Made by a program: the position numbers and the translations under genes. A stretch of 64,000 nucleotides of DNA, taken from Phoronis australis. Lineage: Eukaryota > Animalia > Phoronida. This document shows positions 39,391 to 51,745 of this stretch, piece by piece (the stretch's first letter is position 1; each line of letters opens with the position of its first letter). Where the stretch lies: NCBI GenBank assembly GCA_002633005.1, contig NMRA01000225.1:365297-429296 (forward strand). The letters run 5' to 3'. Under the pieces are notes generated by a model. The model was not told the origin of the DNA, searched no databases, and saw only the letters and a program-made list of their open reading frames with translations.

Positions 39391-41689
39391 TTTCTGTACT
39401 CTCAACTGAGAGGAAATTGCGTAGCACAGGTGTCTGACCTGGTGTTTCTTTGTTTTGTCACAATTTCTTAAAGTAAAATTTCTAAATGTGAAGTTATTTC
39501 ATTATGCGCAGCTGTCGTAGAACGATACTTCTTCAAATAATTTGTGGCAAGGTATGATGGTAGCCGGCTTTTGAAAATTACTAAAATGGCATTCTTACCA
39601 TTCTCGTTCCAAAGTAAATGAAGACGTGCAATAATAGACAGGTTTGTTTACGGGCGACTCTCATTTTGATAATCTCTTCAGTTTTGCGTGCAGTTTAGTG
39701 GCAAACTGGAAACGGGCGTTGAAATTGAAAAACGTTATTTTTATGTGAAACGGTTGAAATTAATTGTAATGAAATGCCACCCTGTGTTTACAGCAGGATA
39801 TACGTATACTTGGGTGTGGTCACAGATTTGATTTCCTATCATGCTGCGTTGTTGCTCTCTCAACCATGACAAAATGTCATCTCGCCTTTCGTGATGTCAC
39901 TCATCGTGACGTCAGTCATAAAACCATGTTGCTCAATTTATTGTGTGCGCCAATCACTGCCTCGTTCTGCTTCCAACCAATCTTAATCCATTTACACTCG
40001 TGATCTCTTCATTATCCATTAGATTGTTTCGTCATCAATTGCTTTGGATCAACACGAAAAAAGGCAACTGGAATGAATCGATTTCCATTCTTCTTAGGTT
40101 GAAATTGTTGTCTAATGGTCGCTATGGTCACAGAGAAAACTGCATGAGGTTACGTTGTCGGCTCTGGTAGGGTAAAATGACACCAATTTGGGACATGATG
40201 TAGCACTCGGTAGAAATTTTATTAACCCATTTTTCATCAATTACACACGGTACTAAAATTCTGCGTTGTCACATCCTAGTTCTATACCGTGGCTGCCATG
40301 GCAGACATTTTGAAAAATTGTAGGCATTCGCAGCAATGTTAGAAGCTCTTGTGAAATTAAAAAAGTGGAGTTTGGGAGAATTGTTTTTGTCCAGAATTGG
40401 TGACATTTTCTCATAGTAATCCTCTTCCTAATATTCGGTGCCGTTCACGCAAGCGGTGAGCGGGATGAACACTTTGATCCTGCTTTTGAACTGGCTGACG
40501 AATCCGACATGTTTGGCACTTACCTATATTCGTGATGATGTATATTTTGAGTGTCGCATGTATCTTATCTCGCTGTTATGTGCAGTACGTGCCAAAGCAA
40601 GACAGTGCACACCATAAGGTTCTGATAAAATGCCCATTGTACCATCCTTTTTGTGCTCCTTGCCAGTAATTTTCACTAAAAATGGCCTTATTTTTGGCAC
40701 ACTAGTCGTTTTTTTTTCTACAGAATTTTTAACCTATTTCCTAGACCCATGTAGGTGTTTAATCGGAAGTTTACAGTAATGTCTTACTGACCTGAATTGC
40801 CAGGGACATATACATGTTGTATACCCTGTGTACCTTAACATGGCCGGCTGTTGTCTGGTGACTAATAGGTACTCTTAAAAAGCAATTTACTCTGTTTGAA
40901 ATGAATCAAGAGTCATGTGTGCACTGGCTTGTTACATGCCCTTCAAAAGACTTGTGTAGGTAGTTCTGGACAAATGTTTTAATGTACATCACGTGTGTGT
41001 GAATGCTCTCTTGTAAAAAGATCTTTTAAAAATGTCTGGGCAAAATGTTAAATGCACCACTTAAAGTCAATCTTGCCAGCTAGTTTTATAAGCTTGGATG
41101 GCTCTGACTAAATGAGAATATTCGCTGTCTGATTATTTCCTTGAATCTGCACTGATTGACTGGCACTCTTGTGGTTGTCTTTCCGAAGGTTGTTAGTTCA
41201 GTTTTTATTCAGCCAAGCGGACGGATATCGTACAATGAAGAGGTATTTTCGTATCCTTACTGTTTGTGCCCCAGGTGGTATCATGTGTCCCGTTACCACT
41301 AGACTCCTTTACACTGTCGTGAACACGTTGGATTGAGCTCGTGCCAATTTGACTCTGCTTTTCATGCAGTTTTTCTGATAGGGGTTACCCAGACTTTCTA
41401 TTCGAGGTAGCGTTTGTGTGGCTGGAAGTCACGTCTGCTGTCCAAGATTGGTGAGTTATACAGGGATTTATAAATCTGTGAGATTCCTTTGTGTTTCAGT
41501 TGTCATAAAAGTGTCAGCTTCTGGTTAGCATATTCAAATGGGCCCTGTTACTCTAAATTATGTGGCAAGTTGCGAAGTTTCGCATGGAGTAAGGGGCATG
41601 CAACTTTTTATTTGTCTTGTCACTATTTAAACAAAGCATTGCCAAGTATTAGCACCAAAACTGCTCTGTTTTGATGATCAGATAGCATT

Positions 41690-41788
41690 GACCCGGTTGC
41701 TGGTAACTTCAACATTCGATTACACTGAAGTTAACTGTTCATACCACATTGCTACGTTGATGTGTCTTCATTAGTATTGAAAGACCCT
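41690..41788. mobile_element. MITE family 1, partial copy
   Basis: ctgaagttaactgttcatac ... ttagtattgaaagaccct matches the right end of the 3801 element. Confidence 0.5.
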
Positions 41789-42444
41789 GTTGAGTTCTAA
41801 AGTGAGACTCAAGAGCAGTCTTTTATTTTGGTGTAACTGGCTAACTCGGCAGAAGTCGCTTATGTATAGGGACATTTATGCTTGTGCACACGATTGCAGA
41901 TTTTATGCATTGACAACATACAGAATTGGTGGTCCAAATACCATTTGATAGTAAGCGCTAAAACATAGGGTGCAGTTTGTGAAATACAGTAATTGACGGA
42001 GGCTTCCTTTTCTGAAGCGCGTGTTCCCTTAATTGAGGAAGAATTCAATTCTGTAGCGGTGTATATGAATGTGACTTCTCTTGATATCATTGGGTTTGTG
42101 AACTGGGGTCTGCCATGACTGATTTGAGCTGTTATCTGGAGGTTGTGTTTGTACCAAGATAGACAGACAAGGAAAAAAGGTCCATATCTGGGTGCTCTTT
42201 AAGTCCACTACATTTATTTTTATTGCTTTGTTTATAGTGGTGTTGATGCTAATAGGCTTGTAGGAGCAAATCCAGTTTTCAGAATTCTTGTTGTACCTAA
42301 TTTTAGCTAGGTTAGGACCAATAAAATCTGGATGAAATTCCTCGTTATCATTCATGCTTACAGTTACAACTGTTGTAACCATAGTTTGTGGTTTTTGTTG
42401 CTGGTTGTCAATGCTCTTCCTTCCCACTCTCCCTAGTTACTTGG

Positions 42445-42655
42445 TAGTACTTCAGGGCGCCATTGTTTCCAACGAGATTTGACTGCAACGCAACCTAGTT
42501 ATAACTTTTACAACTGTTCATACCGAGTTACAACAGAAGATTTTGGTGCTTATAAAGTTACAACTTTTCAAACCAGTTTTAAAGTGTTCAGACCGAGAGC
42601 TATATGGTGTAAATCAGTTTTAAAAGTTTTAGCCGCTTTGTTATGAAGAGGGTAC
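42445..42655. repeat. Dispersed repeat shared with about 22565-22805
   Basis: agttataactttacaactgttcataccgagttacaa ... acttttcaaaccagttttaaagtgttcag ... aaatcagttttaaaagt aligns with agttgtaactttg ... acttttgaaaccggttttaaagtattcagg ... aaattggtttcaaaagt. Confidence 0.55.
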
Positions 42656-44828
42656 TGATGTGAAGCCTAATTACATTTTTGATTTGTGGAACACGGTCAT
42701 TTCCATTTGGATTGAAGCTTCAGAGATGTAAATATGGATGTTCAGACAGCATTTTGTGGAGAGGTAGGTGTCTGTACTATACAAGTTCGAAATCTCCACT
42801 GGGCCCTGGATTGCTTTTGTTAATAAGTTGTTAATATTCTCCTACCCAAGGGGCTTTTGGTATACTGCATTGAGTCTTAAATAGCACCTGTCAAATACCA
42901 AACACTAATGTTTATTTAAGACCAGTTATTCTGCATAGCTGCCCTATTATACCAGCATAAAAGAGAAATACCAGCGTATCATCTTAAAATTCCACAACAA
43001 AAAATTCCTGGAACTAATTGTAAACACCGTGGACCAACTACCAGAGACGAGTGACCCTGTCTATAGGCTGTTGTCAAAAGAGATTTGATCAATTACGCGA
43101 TTCATTTACACAGTTTCTCTGGGGAGACCAGTGTTTGTAGGGGCTGTTTGTTTGGTCCAGGCTAGTGTATACAGGGAATAAGCCTCTAAACAGGATTGGA
43201 TCTTGTTTAAGTACGTTTCTTGGACTCAGAATTCTCAGGAAGTTCTCGGGAGTTTGCCTGTGTCAATATTTTGGTGCTTCTTCACGTATTTAAGAAGAGA
43301 TGAGTCTTCACACTTCAGAAACAAATACGATCATATTGGTAACGGGTCATACGCTTGATTATGGTTCTGTTTTCAATCTTGACTGAAAGGTAGGAACTGG
43401 AGATTTTTGTTTTAATGCGGTGTCTGCTCTTCTTTTATAGGGTCAGTATCTTTTGTCCATTAATTTAATTGCTGTATATCAGAGTCTTAAGTTTCAAGCT
43501 GTGCAGGGTGAAATTGTTGCCACATGCATAACAAATCAAGTTTGTGTCTGAGCCCTGAGCATGGGCAGCACTTCTACCTATGTTTTGAAGTTTTTTTATT
43601 ATAAGTTCTCAGCTCTATTGAATAGTGTCTCGACAGTTTCAGAGGAGATTTATGCCTTGAACCATTCTCCGTTCCCAGGAATTTTCAAAACACTTCCAAA
43701 CACGCGAATAATTAGGCCCATGCGCTTGGATGTGAGGCATTACCTATTTCCGGAATTCCCCCGATATGCAAAACTTTTCAGGATTCTCTACGTCTCACTG
43801 ATGCTATACAGAGGATGGCAAAACTTCCAGTGGTCGACAACACAGTTTTCTCAACATCCATGTTTCCCTTATCATGACACATCTGTTACATGTGTCGTTT
43901 TGTACTGGCTGTGTAAAAAACTGTGTTATGCTGTTGTTTTAAATGTCTACAAAGGGATTGTTTTTCCAGGAAAAGTAGTAGTAATCGGCACGTGTTCGTT
44001 GACATCTTGCCCCCAAAAATTATGTTGCAAAAACAGTGGGTTACAACCTAACTGAATGTTTAACTTAGGAGCTGTTACTGCTGACATAAGCTGTGTGGTC
44101 ACCACGTGCCCTTTGAGTCGCTGTTCCTCCGTTGTGAGGCAGTGGTTGGAGTTGTGCTCCTTAATCAAAATGTTGTGGGTTCGGTTTTGCGCTCAGGTAC
44201 AGTCACGCGGCTGTTTCTTTGAGCAAGGCACTTTGCTCCAGTTGGCTCGGTTGTACAAGCTAGGGTCAGCCTGGGCTTGCGATTAAACTGTGATTGACTA
44301 GCGTTCCATTCATACGTAGCAAGACTTTGTAAATCTTTTGATGTGTTCTCGTTTTCTAAAAGTAAGCATTTATCTATGGAAAATCTAACTGATTGGGACA
44401 CAATGGAGACATGTATGTTCTCTCATTTTTATCCATAAATGTTACAATGTAGTGCCAAATTTTTGCTTTCCAATGTTCAAAGCAACCATCAAACATTATT
44501 TTGAAAATTGTGGTTATTTGCAGCATTGTTAGAAATCATAGAAAAATAAAAAGGAGCAATTTTAGTTATTCTATTTGTCCAATATTCATGGTGGGGTTTT
44601 TGTGTATCCAAAACTTGGTGGTGTTGTAATTGGTACACTGAAAAACAATGTTGTACTGCAGTTTACTAAGAGTTGCAGTGTTTTCTGTTTTCATTTTTCA
44701 TCATGCATCATGCACAACTAATGTCTTGGGTAGGTCGCGTGAAATTCATCATAACGAGGTTCAACTATATGCATCTTCGCTATGTATACGCCTGGTGCTT
44801 GCCTAATGACTGCTTTCATTTCTTTCAG

Positions 44829-46218
44829 TGTTGGCCAGCAACGACCCATGCGTTGGCAGCGCCCCGCTGATATGTCCACACATTCGTCAGTCACTATTCC
44901 AGCTGATTTTCCCACCTACCCTTCGGGAAGCTTAAGTCCCCAGGAGGAGAACCCGTCTCTGCTGTTCACGGCACCCGCCTCACTCAGTCAACACTCCTAC
45001 AGTAAATTCCCACAGTCCAAGTCGGTATCCAGTTTGGATACAGCGTCGAAGGGCATGCATACTGCAATCTATCCCCGGCCTTATCAAGGCCCTAACAAAT
45101 ACCAATCATCGTCCGCCTTGAATACAGCGGGACTAGACAATGCAAGGAAACCTGGTTCTACGTATGAGAAACTCAGCAATACTGGGTTAGATTTCTCGCC
45201 AAAGAAACAGCAGAACCCTAAAAGTGAAGAGATGCGCAACAGATTTGTTAGTCGTGAGAATGACCAACGGCAATACAGTGATGATAAAAATAGCACATTC
45301 CAAGTACATCGATCAGCTCATCACGTGAACTATATGAACATTCCAGGAGTACAAGAGGAGAACCCCCCAGTTGTACCACCATTACCTAAACTTGAACATT
45401 TGGCAGTTCCTCAACCACCTGAACGGAACTCTAGTAGGCGACACCACGGCAAGTTTCCATCATGGCCTGTTGAAGGGTCAAGTGCCGAGTCAAAGTCTGA
45501 ACCCATCAGCACGCCACCTGTGAGAGATTACAATAACACAGTGAACAGTGCTGCGCCCTACCAGCCTGGTCTACACACTGTGAAGGAAACACAGAGCCCT
45601 CTGGTGGAGAGGAAGGATGAGCAGAATCTCATGAATGCCAAACAGCCTGACGTGTATCAAGCACGCAGGGCTAAGGTGATAACTACGCACCACGAGGAGG
45701 ACCCCCTCAGGAATCTATTGTCCTCAAGTAGGAAAGGCTACCCCCCTCCTACTGTCGATAGTCAGGGCAATAAGATAGGGGACCAAGACTACACTGTTCC
45801 GTCACCCCCGGAGAGGGATGAGCCCACACCTAAAGTGGTGGACTTGTTAAAGAAATTTTCCAAACAAGAAGAGCAGGCAGGTGGTTCTAGCAAGAAGCCT
45901 GTTCAGAGATTTAATCAGCGAAACTTTGATAATCAGAGACTGCCGAGTCAGTCAGTACGTGTTTCGGCTAGCACTCAGAGTGACCAATCTGTTCCACGTA
46001 GTCCTGAAAGCGTTGTTTTAACCAGACCACAGTTACAGCTGCCATCAGTTGGTATGTCCACACAGACACCGGCACCCCCTAGACTTGGTGTTGTTACTGA
46101 TAGTGTTCAAACACAAAATACGATGACGCAGACGTCACCACAGGGGGTCACTAGGGCACCTTGGGAGACCCAACCGTTGACTAATGATGTCAAAAGCTAC
46201 AAGGAGTCAGCAGCTCAG
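44829..46218 (+). CDS. Shroom: Shroom large exon, disordered S/P/Q-rich region
   Basis: Acceptor ttcatttctttcag|T is phase 2 and completes the AG left by the PDZ exon; donor CAG|gtaagt is phase 0. Lies in the 486-aa ORF 44782-46242. Motifs RPMRWQ (cf. RPHSWH after the vertebrate Shroom PDZ), PQPPERNSS and DYTVPSPPERD. Confidence 0.9.
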
Positions 46219-47538
46219 GTAAGTACTGGTATTCCTCTCTAGATGGCATGACTGTACCTAACATCTTGTTTCCTGCATGTATGTGGTATTTAGTGCATGA
46301 ATCTTATGTTTATCTGTGGTATTGTTACAGCAGTTTTTAATAAAACTATAGGAAATATTTTTGTTTTGTCAGCCATCAATTCAGTATTGGTCATCTACTA
46401 GGATATTTGTAGGCCTGATATCGAGGTCTCTCTGTATATATCCTAGATTTAGATTATTATGATGATAGTCATATTTAAAACAAATGAAGTGGATTACAAC
46501 TTGTCCTGACACAGCATCCTAATCTGGCTGGTGATAATTTTTATGGGCATGTTTACAGGATGTTGAGTCAGGAGTGAGGTGTGTGTTGAACTAGGCATGC
46601 TCAGTTAGGCTCTAAGGTTACCAGATTATCACAGTATCTAGTCTAAGACATGGTGTTGTTCTGCATTCTGTGGACAGACTTGACCGACACCAAACGCATG
46701 GTTGCAGCAGAATGAGTAGAATCCTTGCACGTTCACGAAGCGTTTTGAGTATAGCAGTGTCTCAAGCTTGTTTTTGCCATCTTTATTGGAAAGGTCAACT
46801 CTTAGGCACAGTCTTTAACAGTGATTCAGTTGAAGAAGTAGTGGTTCTTTGGCATCATAGTAACTCTTTTCAAAAAATTATTTCATTCCGTGTATCAGAA
46901 CACGGGTTAAGTAAAAAAGGAAAGTTTTTGCCTGGTCTGTATTTTGTAAAAAGGTTGGAAGGACATAAGAGTATGAAAGCATTTTGTAGTTTTCAAGTAT
47001 TATGCACAATTCGGATAAATTTAGTGGCAACAGAAGTATGCCTGCACTTCCGTCCTGTGTGTTGCGTGGACACTGTTCAATCTTTAGCTGAACTAGTGGG
47101 TGCCTCCCACAGTGTCTGTTGCTCGCTAACCAACCAGGGTGCCCTAATGAGGCTGTTCTCAGTACCTTCGTGGTCTCGACATGCACTCAGTAAAGATGGC
47201 ATAGGACTCACTGATTTAAACTTTAGCTTTTTTCCTGATTTCGGAGTCGGCACTTACAGACTGGAACAGGGATATCCTGCTTGGCTGCAATGAATTCAGT
47301 GTTCTTGGAAAGAAACCTCTACAATACAGGGATGTACCACTTTTGTGGTTAAGACCCATGGCTTTGGTTAAATTTGGTTTGTGGTGATGGCAGGGGATAA
47401 AGGAACAAAAAATACGATGGGAAACATTTTAGAGCATTCTGTATGCAGCCACTTCCAGACTTTGGTTGTGTTTCACCCGAGTTCGGGTCGCTTGGTCTGT
47501 CAATGCATGCCCTTCACATTACTAAACTTGTTTTTCAG

Positions 47539-49053
47539 GTGACTCCGCCAATTGGTGCTCTTTCTGAGCCATTTGGCCTCAACTCACTGCTTAGTGACAA
47601 GGATGCCGCCAGCATCATTGGCAGATGGGAGTTGGAGAGTGAGCGCCGAAAGCAGTCCCAACAAGTGACCAGTGAGTCCACGCCCTCTAGTGTGGCTGAT
47701 ATCAGTGGACACCTCAGTCAGTACAGTGTCAACACTGCTCCTATGTTGCACCGCCTGTCCAATGATGTCTCCATCCAGCAGCAGCTTCAGAAAGTCAGTC
47801 ACGTGGCTCCCTCTGCTGACAAGCCTGAGCATCTCGGTAAGAACAGGAGGAATCACAGAACTGGCCCTGATGAAGCTGTTCTCCCTCAAGCCAATGAGAA
47901 TGAGCCAATCTATGCCACTATTGAAGACCACCGACAAAGAAGTATGTCCAACTGGAAGGGGGTACGAAACTCGTTGAAGGATATAGCCAGCCAGTCAAAC
48001 TACGTAAACATGTACCCTCCCAATACTAACAACTACATGAACATTGAAGTAGAGGGGAGCCCTCACCAAACCCACTCTGAGACAGTGTATACTAAGATGA
48101 TATCCCGAGAGGGGGGTGAACAGAGAGACAATGAGAGGTCCAACAGGGGATACGGTCAGGAAGTACCAGTGTCTCACGGGGACAACAGTCACATGTTGAA
48201 AACTTGGCATGGCTACTCCAACTCTTACGGCAATCCTAAACCAGAGGTTGACCTCTATAGAATAGAGGAGCATGAGCGACATTCATCCGAGGGCCAAGCA
48301 AAGGATGTAAGTCGACTGCGGTATGAGCCAAAGAGGCAGCCTGATTCAAAGCCACTGAAACGGACTACTTCTGAACAAATACGCCCCGTTGGGTGGGATA
48401 ATAGCTCACATCAAGTGCCAAATACTGAGCGACGTCATGGAGAGAATCATGTTCGTCACAGTTCAGTTGATCAAAGAGACTATAGGCGTCAGCCAATTGT
48501 TAGAAACATGGAGGAGTTTGATCCAAATATAGGGAGGCAGTCCTCTAGGAAGAGTAGGCGTAGTGATTCGTATCGTGAGTTTGAGGTTCGTCCCGATAAT
48601 ACGCGACTAGAAAAGAAACGGCAATCTTCGAGTAACTTTGATAGAGATAATATAAACCCACGTCCTAGTATGGGCAGTAGTACTAGTTCTGAAAGTGACT
48701 TGAAGAAACTTCAGAAGGATGCAGTGTTTAGCTTTTACCAGGCTAAAACGGAAGGATCTACGTTAAGTCTACCAACATCTGAAGACGCTGCTACTGGCCA
48801 TGAGGGAAGTCTCCAGAGGTCACGACCTTCTTCCCTATCAAAGGATGGTCGACAGGTGGCTAGTACGAGTCAGTTACCACATCAAGTACTACGACGTTCC
48901 GACTCGGTCGCGTCATCTCAGAGTCACTCGGGCTCCACTTCGTCTGGTGGATATAGCCCTAACCGCATGTCGTGGGATCGTGGCGAGGTGTTCCGACCGC
49001 CAAGCATGTCTAGTATGGAAAAGTCGCCCCTTTCTCCCAGTCAGCATCCCCAG
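47539..49053 (+). CDS. Shroom: Shroom large exon containing an ASD1-like actin-binding helix
   Basis: Acceptor ttgtttttcag|GTG is phase 0, in ORF 47443-49281. Contains ESDLKKLQKDAVFSFYQAKT (48691-48750), resembling the LK..Q..A...Y..RKT element of Shroom ASD1. The 3' end is uncertain: CAG|gtgacc at 49053 or AAG|gttata at 49080, both phase 0. Confidence 0.85.
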
Positions 49054-50120
49054 GTGACCAAACTGCTCAGGAAACATAAGGTTATAGTCATATCCACAGC
49101 GTGCAACCGTGTGTGTTCACAACTTAAACTCGTCTACTTATACTTTCTCTATCAAAATTCACACAACTTTTGCGTTGAACGTGATTTTCTTAATGAGTTG
49201 CAAATTCACTTTAACTTGACCTTCAAATTCTCTTGCTGTCCTCTGAGGATTTTTCGGTATTTTCGAACTGTGTGGATCTGACTGTATCTTGATTGGCTGC
49301 TTCTAGATTAGATATTGTTGCGAGATTTTGAGCTTTCTGGCTTGTGTTTGCATTGAACAAGTTACTAACCAAAAGTGGCTCTATTTTGCATGAGTTTTTA
49401 TGACTTATAAACTGAAATGTTTGTTTAACTTCACCTGATCGAATATTCAAGTCCAAGTTCAACTTACGTTGAGAAGATGATGCTGACTCATTGATTTTTA
49501 TGTTTCTAAAAAAAATACTTCCGACACTGTCATTGAGATATGAATGTGTCAACTATTTGCTCCATGTAGTGTCCAGTCCTAGAACCAATTTACAGACAGT
49601 AAATGCTTTAAATATAACATTTTTAGACTTCTTTTATATCGAATGAAATTTGATCATGTTATTGATAATATTGTTTTGGTATAAAGGTGCCTTTCGTTTT
49701 TGTTAGATTTTACTACAAAGAGCATGGTCGCTTTACCCAACTAATGACAGATTGCTAAAAAACAGTTTTTAACAATCAAATCATATTATTGTCCTTCTTG
49801 TAGAAAATATACAATTAGATATACAAACTTGTACATATTTGTCTTCATAAACAGGCTTGATGTTGAGGTACCACACAAGCTTAAGTTAATAATTTTATGG
49901 CACAAAATGGTGTTCTTCAAAAGGTAGTGATTTTTCATTGAATATTCCCGATAAGTCTGTGTAATAGTATTTGAAGTGTGAATTTGAAGCAATAGTTAAA
50001 TGGTGGGGAAACCTTGTACATTTTTATTACTAATGACTTGCAATGCCACAAAATATTTAAGTATTTAGCCACAAAGAAAATAGTTCCTTGTTAACTGTTT
50101 TATTATCTTTCCTTTTCCAG

Positions 50121-50230
50121 TCAGCCATGGAGATGAATGTTAGTGGTTTACTTAGTCCTGATGAACTCAACACTCAGCACAGACGCAGCAGTTCAGGGGC
50201 AGTGTTTGAAGCCACTCCAACAGGGGTCAG
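50121..50230 (+). CDS. Shroom: Shroom small internal exon
   Basis: Strong acceptor tctttccttttccag|, donor CAG|gtatgt. 110 nt, phase 0 to phase 2, which bridges the flanking exons exactly. Translates SAMEMNVSGLLSPDELNTQHRRSSSGAVFEATPTGV. Confidence 0.8.
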
Positions 50231-50413
50231 GTATGTACTGTGTCCTGCTCATCACATTGTACAGTTACATTATGTGCTGGTTAATTCAAGCAATTTCATG
50301 AAGGTTGTATGCACTGTAAAACCATGTAAGTCAGTGTGCTTGTAAGATGAAATAATGCAGTTTCTAAAGAACATTCAAAATAACATGATATTCTTGAATA
50401 CATTACTTAAGAA

Positions 50414-50791
50414 AGATCCCTTTTGGAACCAAAAGCTGTACCTTGAGGTTGCTGGTCTACAGACATTTTATCCATATCTCATGTACTTGGTTCTCCACCA
50501 AGTGTGCCCTCTCTTGTTGTGGAATAAAACAATAAAACAACACGAGGGATTCCCTAATGTTAAGGGGAATTCCATAGCAGGCCCGATACAGAGATCCTGG
50601 ACTTGATCTCCCTGTGGTGTACTCAGACCTGCTGCGGGATTCTCTTTGACATTAGGGAATCCCCGCGCTGTTCTTTTGTTTTGTTTCACGAGAGAGGACG
50701 CACTTGGTGGTGACCCAAGTTCGTGAGATATGGACGAAATGCCTGTACAATGACAACCTCAAGGTACAGCTTTCGGTTCCAAAAGGGATCT
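50414..50791. mobile_element. Foldback / fully palindromic MITE, about 378 bp
   Basis: Arms of about 170 bp: agatcccttttggaaccaaaagctgtaccttgaggttg ... caacctcaaggtacagctttcggttccaaaagggatct. Inner pairing gggattccctaatgt / acattagggaatccc. Confidence 0.85.
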
Positions 50792-51662
50792 ATATTAATT
50801 GTTATCATCATTTAAATGGAACTCAGGAATATACATGGTCTCATTCTTGATACTACAGTCTCACATAAAGCCTGTGTAATGTGGATGTGTGTGTACCACA
50901 GGCGTACCACAGATTTTATGTAGTGGTCAGGCACAAGAGTAGAACCTTGACCAGGAGCCTCGCTTTTGGTCTAGAGCCTACACAATTCAGAGAAAGATTT
51001 TTTGTGCTCCTTTTGTTGTGTTTATTAAAACAACAGTCAGCTGACAGTCAGCTGCCAATGACCAATCAATAAGTTAAGTCTATACCAGCATCGATTCCAC
51101 AATATGGATCTGTTAGTCCACAGCAGGATATCCTCTGGTCTCAAAACAGTGGGGTATGAGGGTCTTGCTGTTTGTTCTTTCCGTCTCCCAAGTGCTCCAT
51201 CACTTGTGGTGGTCAGTGATGCGTCCTGTTGATGGAGACCTCTCTCCACTTTAGGCCTTCTTTGCTCCTTTGTTTGACTCCATTCAGGAGCAGTTGATCT
51301 ACAGACTTGTATTTACTTTATCTTATGGTTTTATTGTGCCCATTTCCTAACCATTGATCTTTCCATTGTTATCCACCCCTGTTATGACATAATAGACTTG
51401 TCCTCCTGGTCCCATCAGTGGTAGTCAATAACTACTCTAGGGTGAGTCAGTCTGTGCAAGGTCTTGGAGTCATGTGACAAAGTGTTTAGATTGGCTGTGG
51501 GTGAATAGTTGTGTGTATCAGAAGCAGTGAACTGTGCCTGTGGATATCAGATCTTTGTTAGCTATAATTGACTGATGTTGTTGATGGAAAGAATCTGCAT
51601 TATGTCCTAGTCTCTCTGTTCCTGGTGATTATTGAAATGTTGTGATGTGAAACTATTTCAAT

Positions 51663-51745
51663 ATGGCCTGGCTGTACAGACATGTCACTCAAAGAAGTCA
51701 CCAGTATCGCCTTGACAGTGACACACCATCACAGAGCTTTGATAG
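51663..51745 (+). CDS. Candidate internal first exon giving a short Shroom isoform without PDZ or ASD1
   Basis: Strong Kozak aatATGG after an in-frame TGA. MAWLYRHVTQRSHQYRLDSDTPSQSFD, donor TAG|gtatgt, phase 2, matching acceptor 57879. Confidence 0.55.

Noticed and set aside
17823-42763. Further tiny phase-2 ATG/donor pairs at 17823-17845, 18846-18865, 25181-25191, 29126-29157 and 42738-42763
   Set aside because: Weaker donors or start contexts and only 3-10 codons, consistent with the chance background. Similar hits occur in other phases (e.g. 28489 in phase 1, and a phase-0 hit near 35393).
43561-44055. 164-aa ORF upstream of the 44829 exon
   Set aside because: Composition (F/L/C/Y-rich) is typical of a random AT-rich frame over repeat-like sequence, with no domain.
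44782-44828. ATG 44782 (and likewise 47443 and 57991) as gene starts
   Set aside because: 44782 and 47443 lie in intron sequence upstream of clear acceptors, and 57991 is internal to an exon open from 57879. These ORFs are exons of one gene.
46670-47293. 207-aa plus-strand ORF inside a Shroom intron
   Set aside because: Non-ATG start, no recognisable motif and no fitting splice sites. The flanking exons already join in phase 0.
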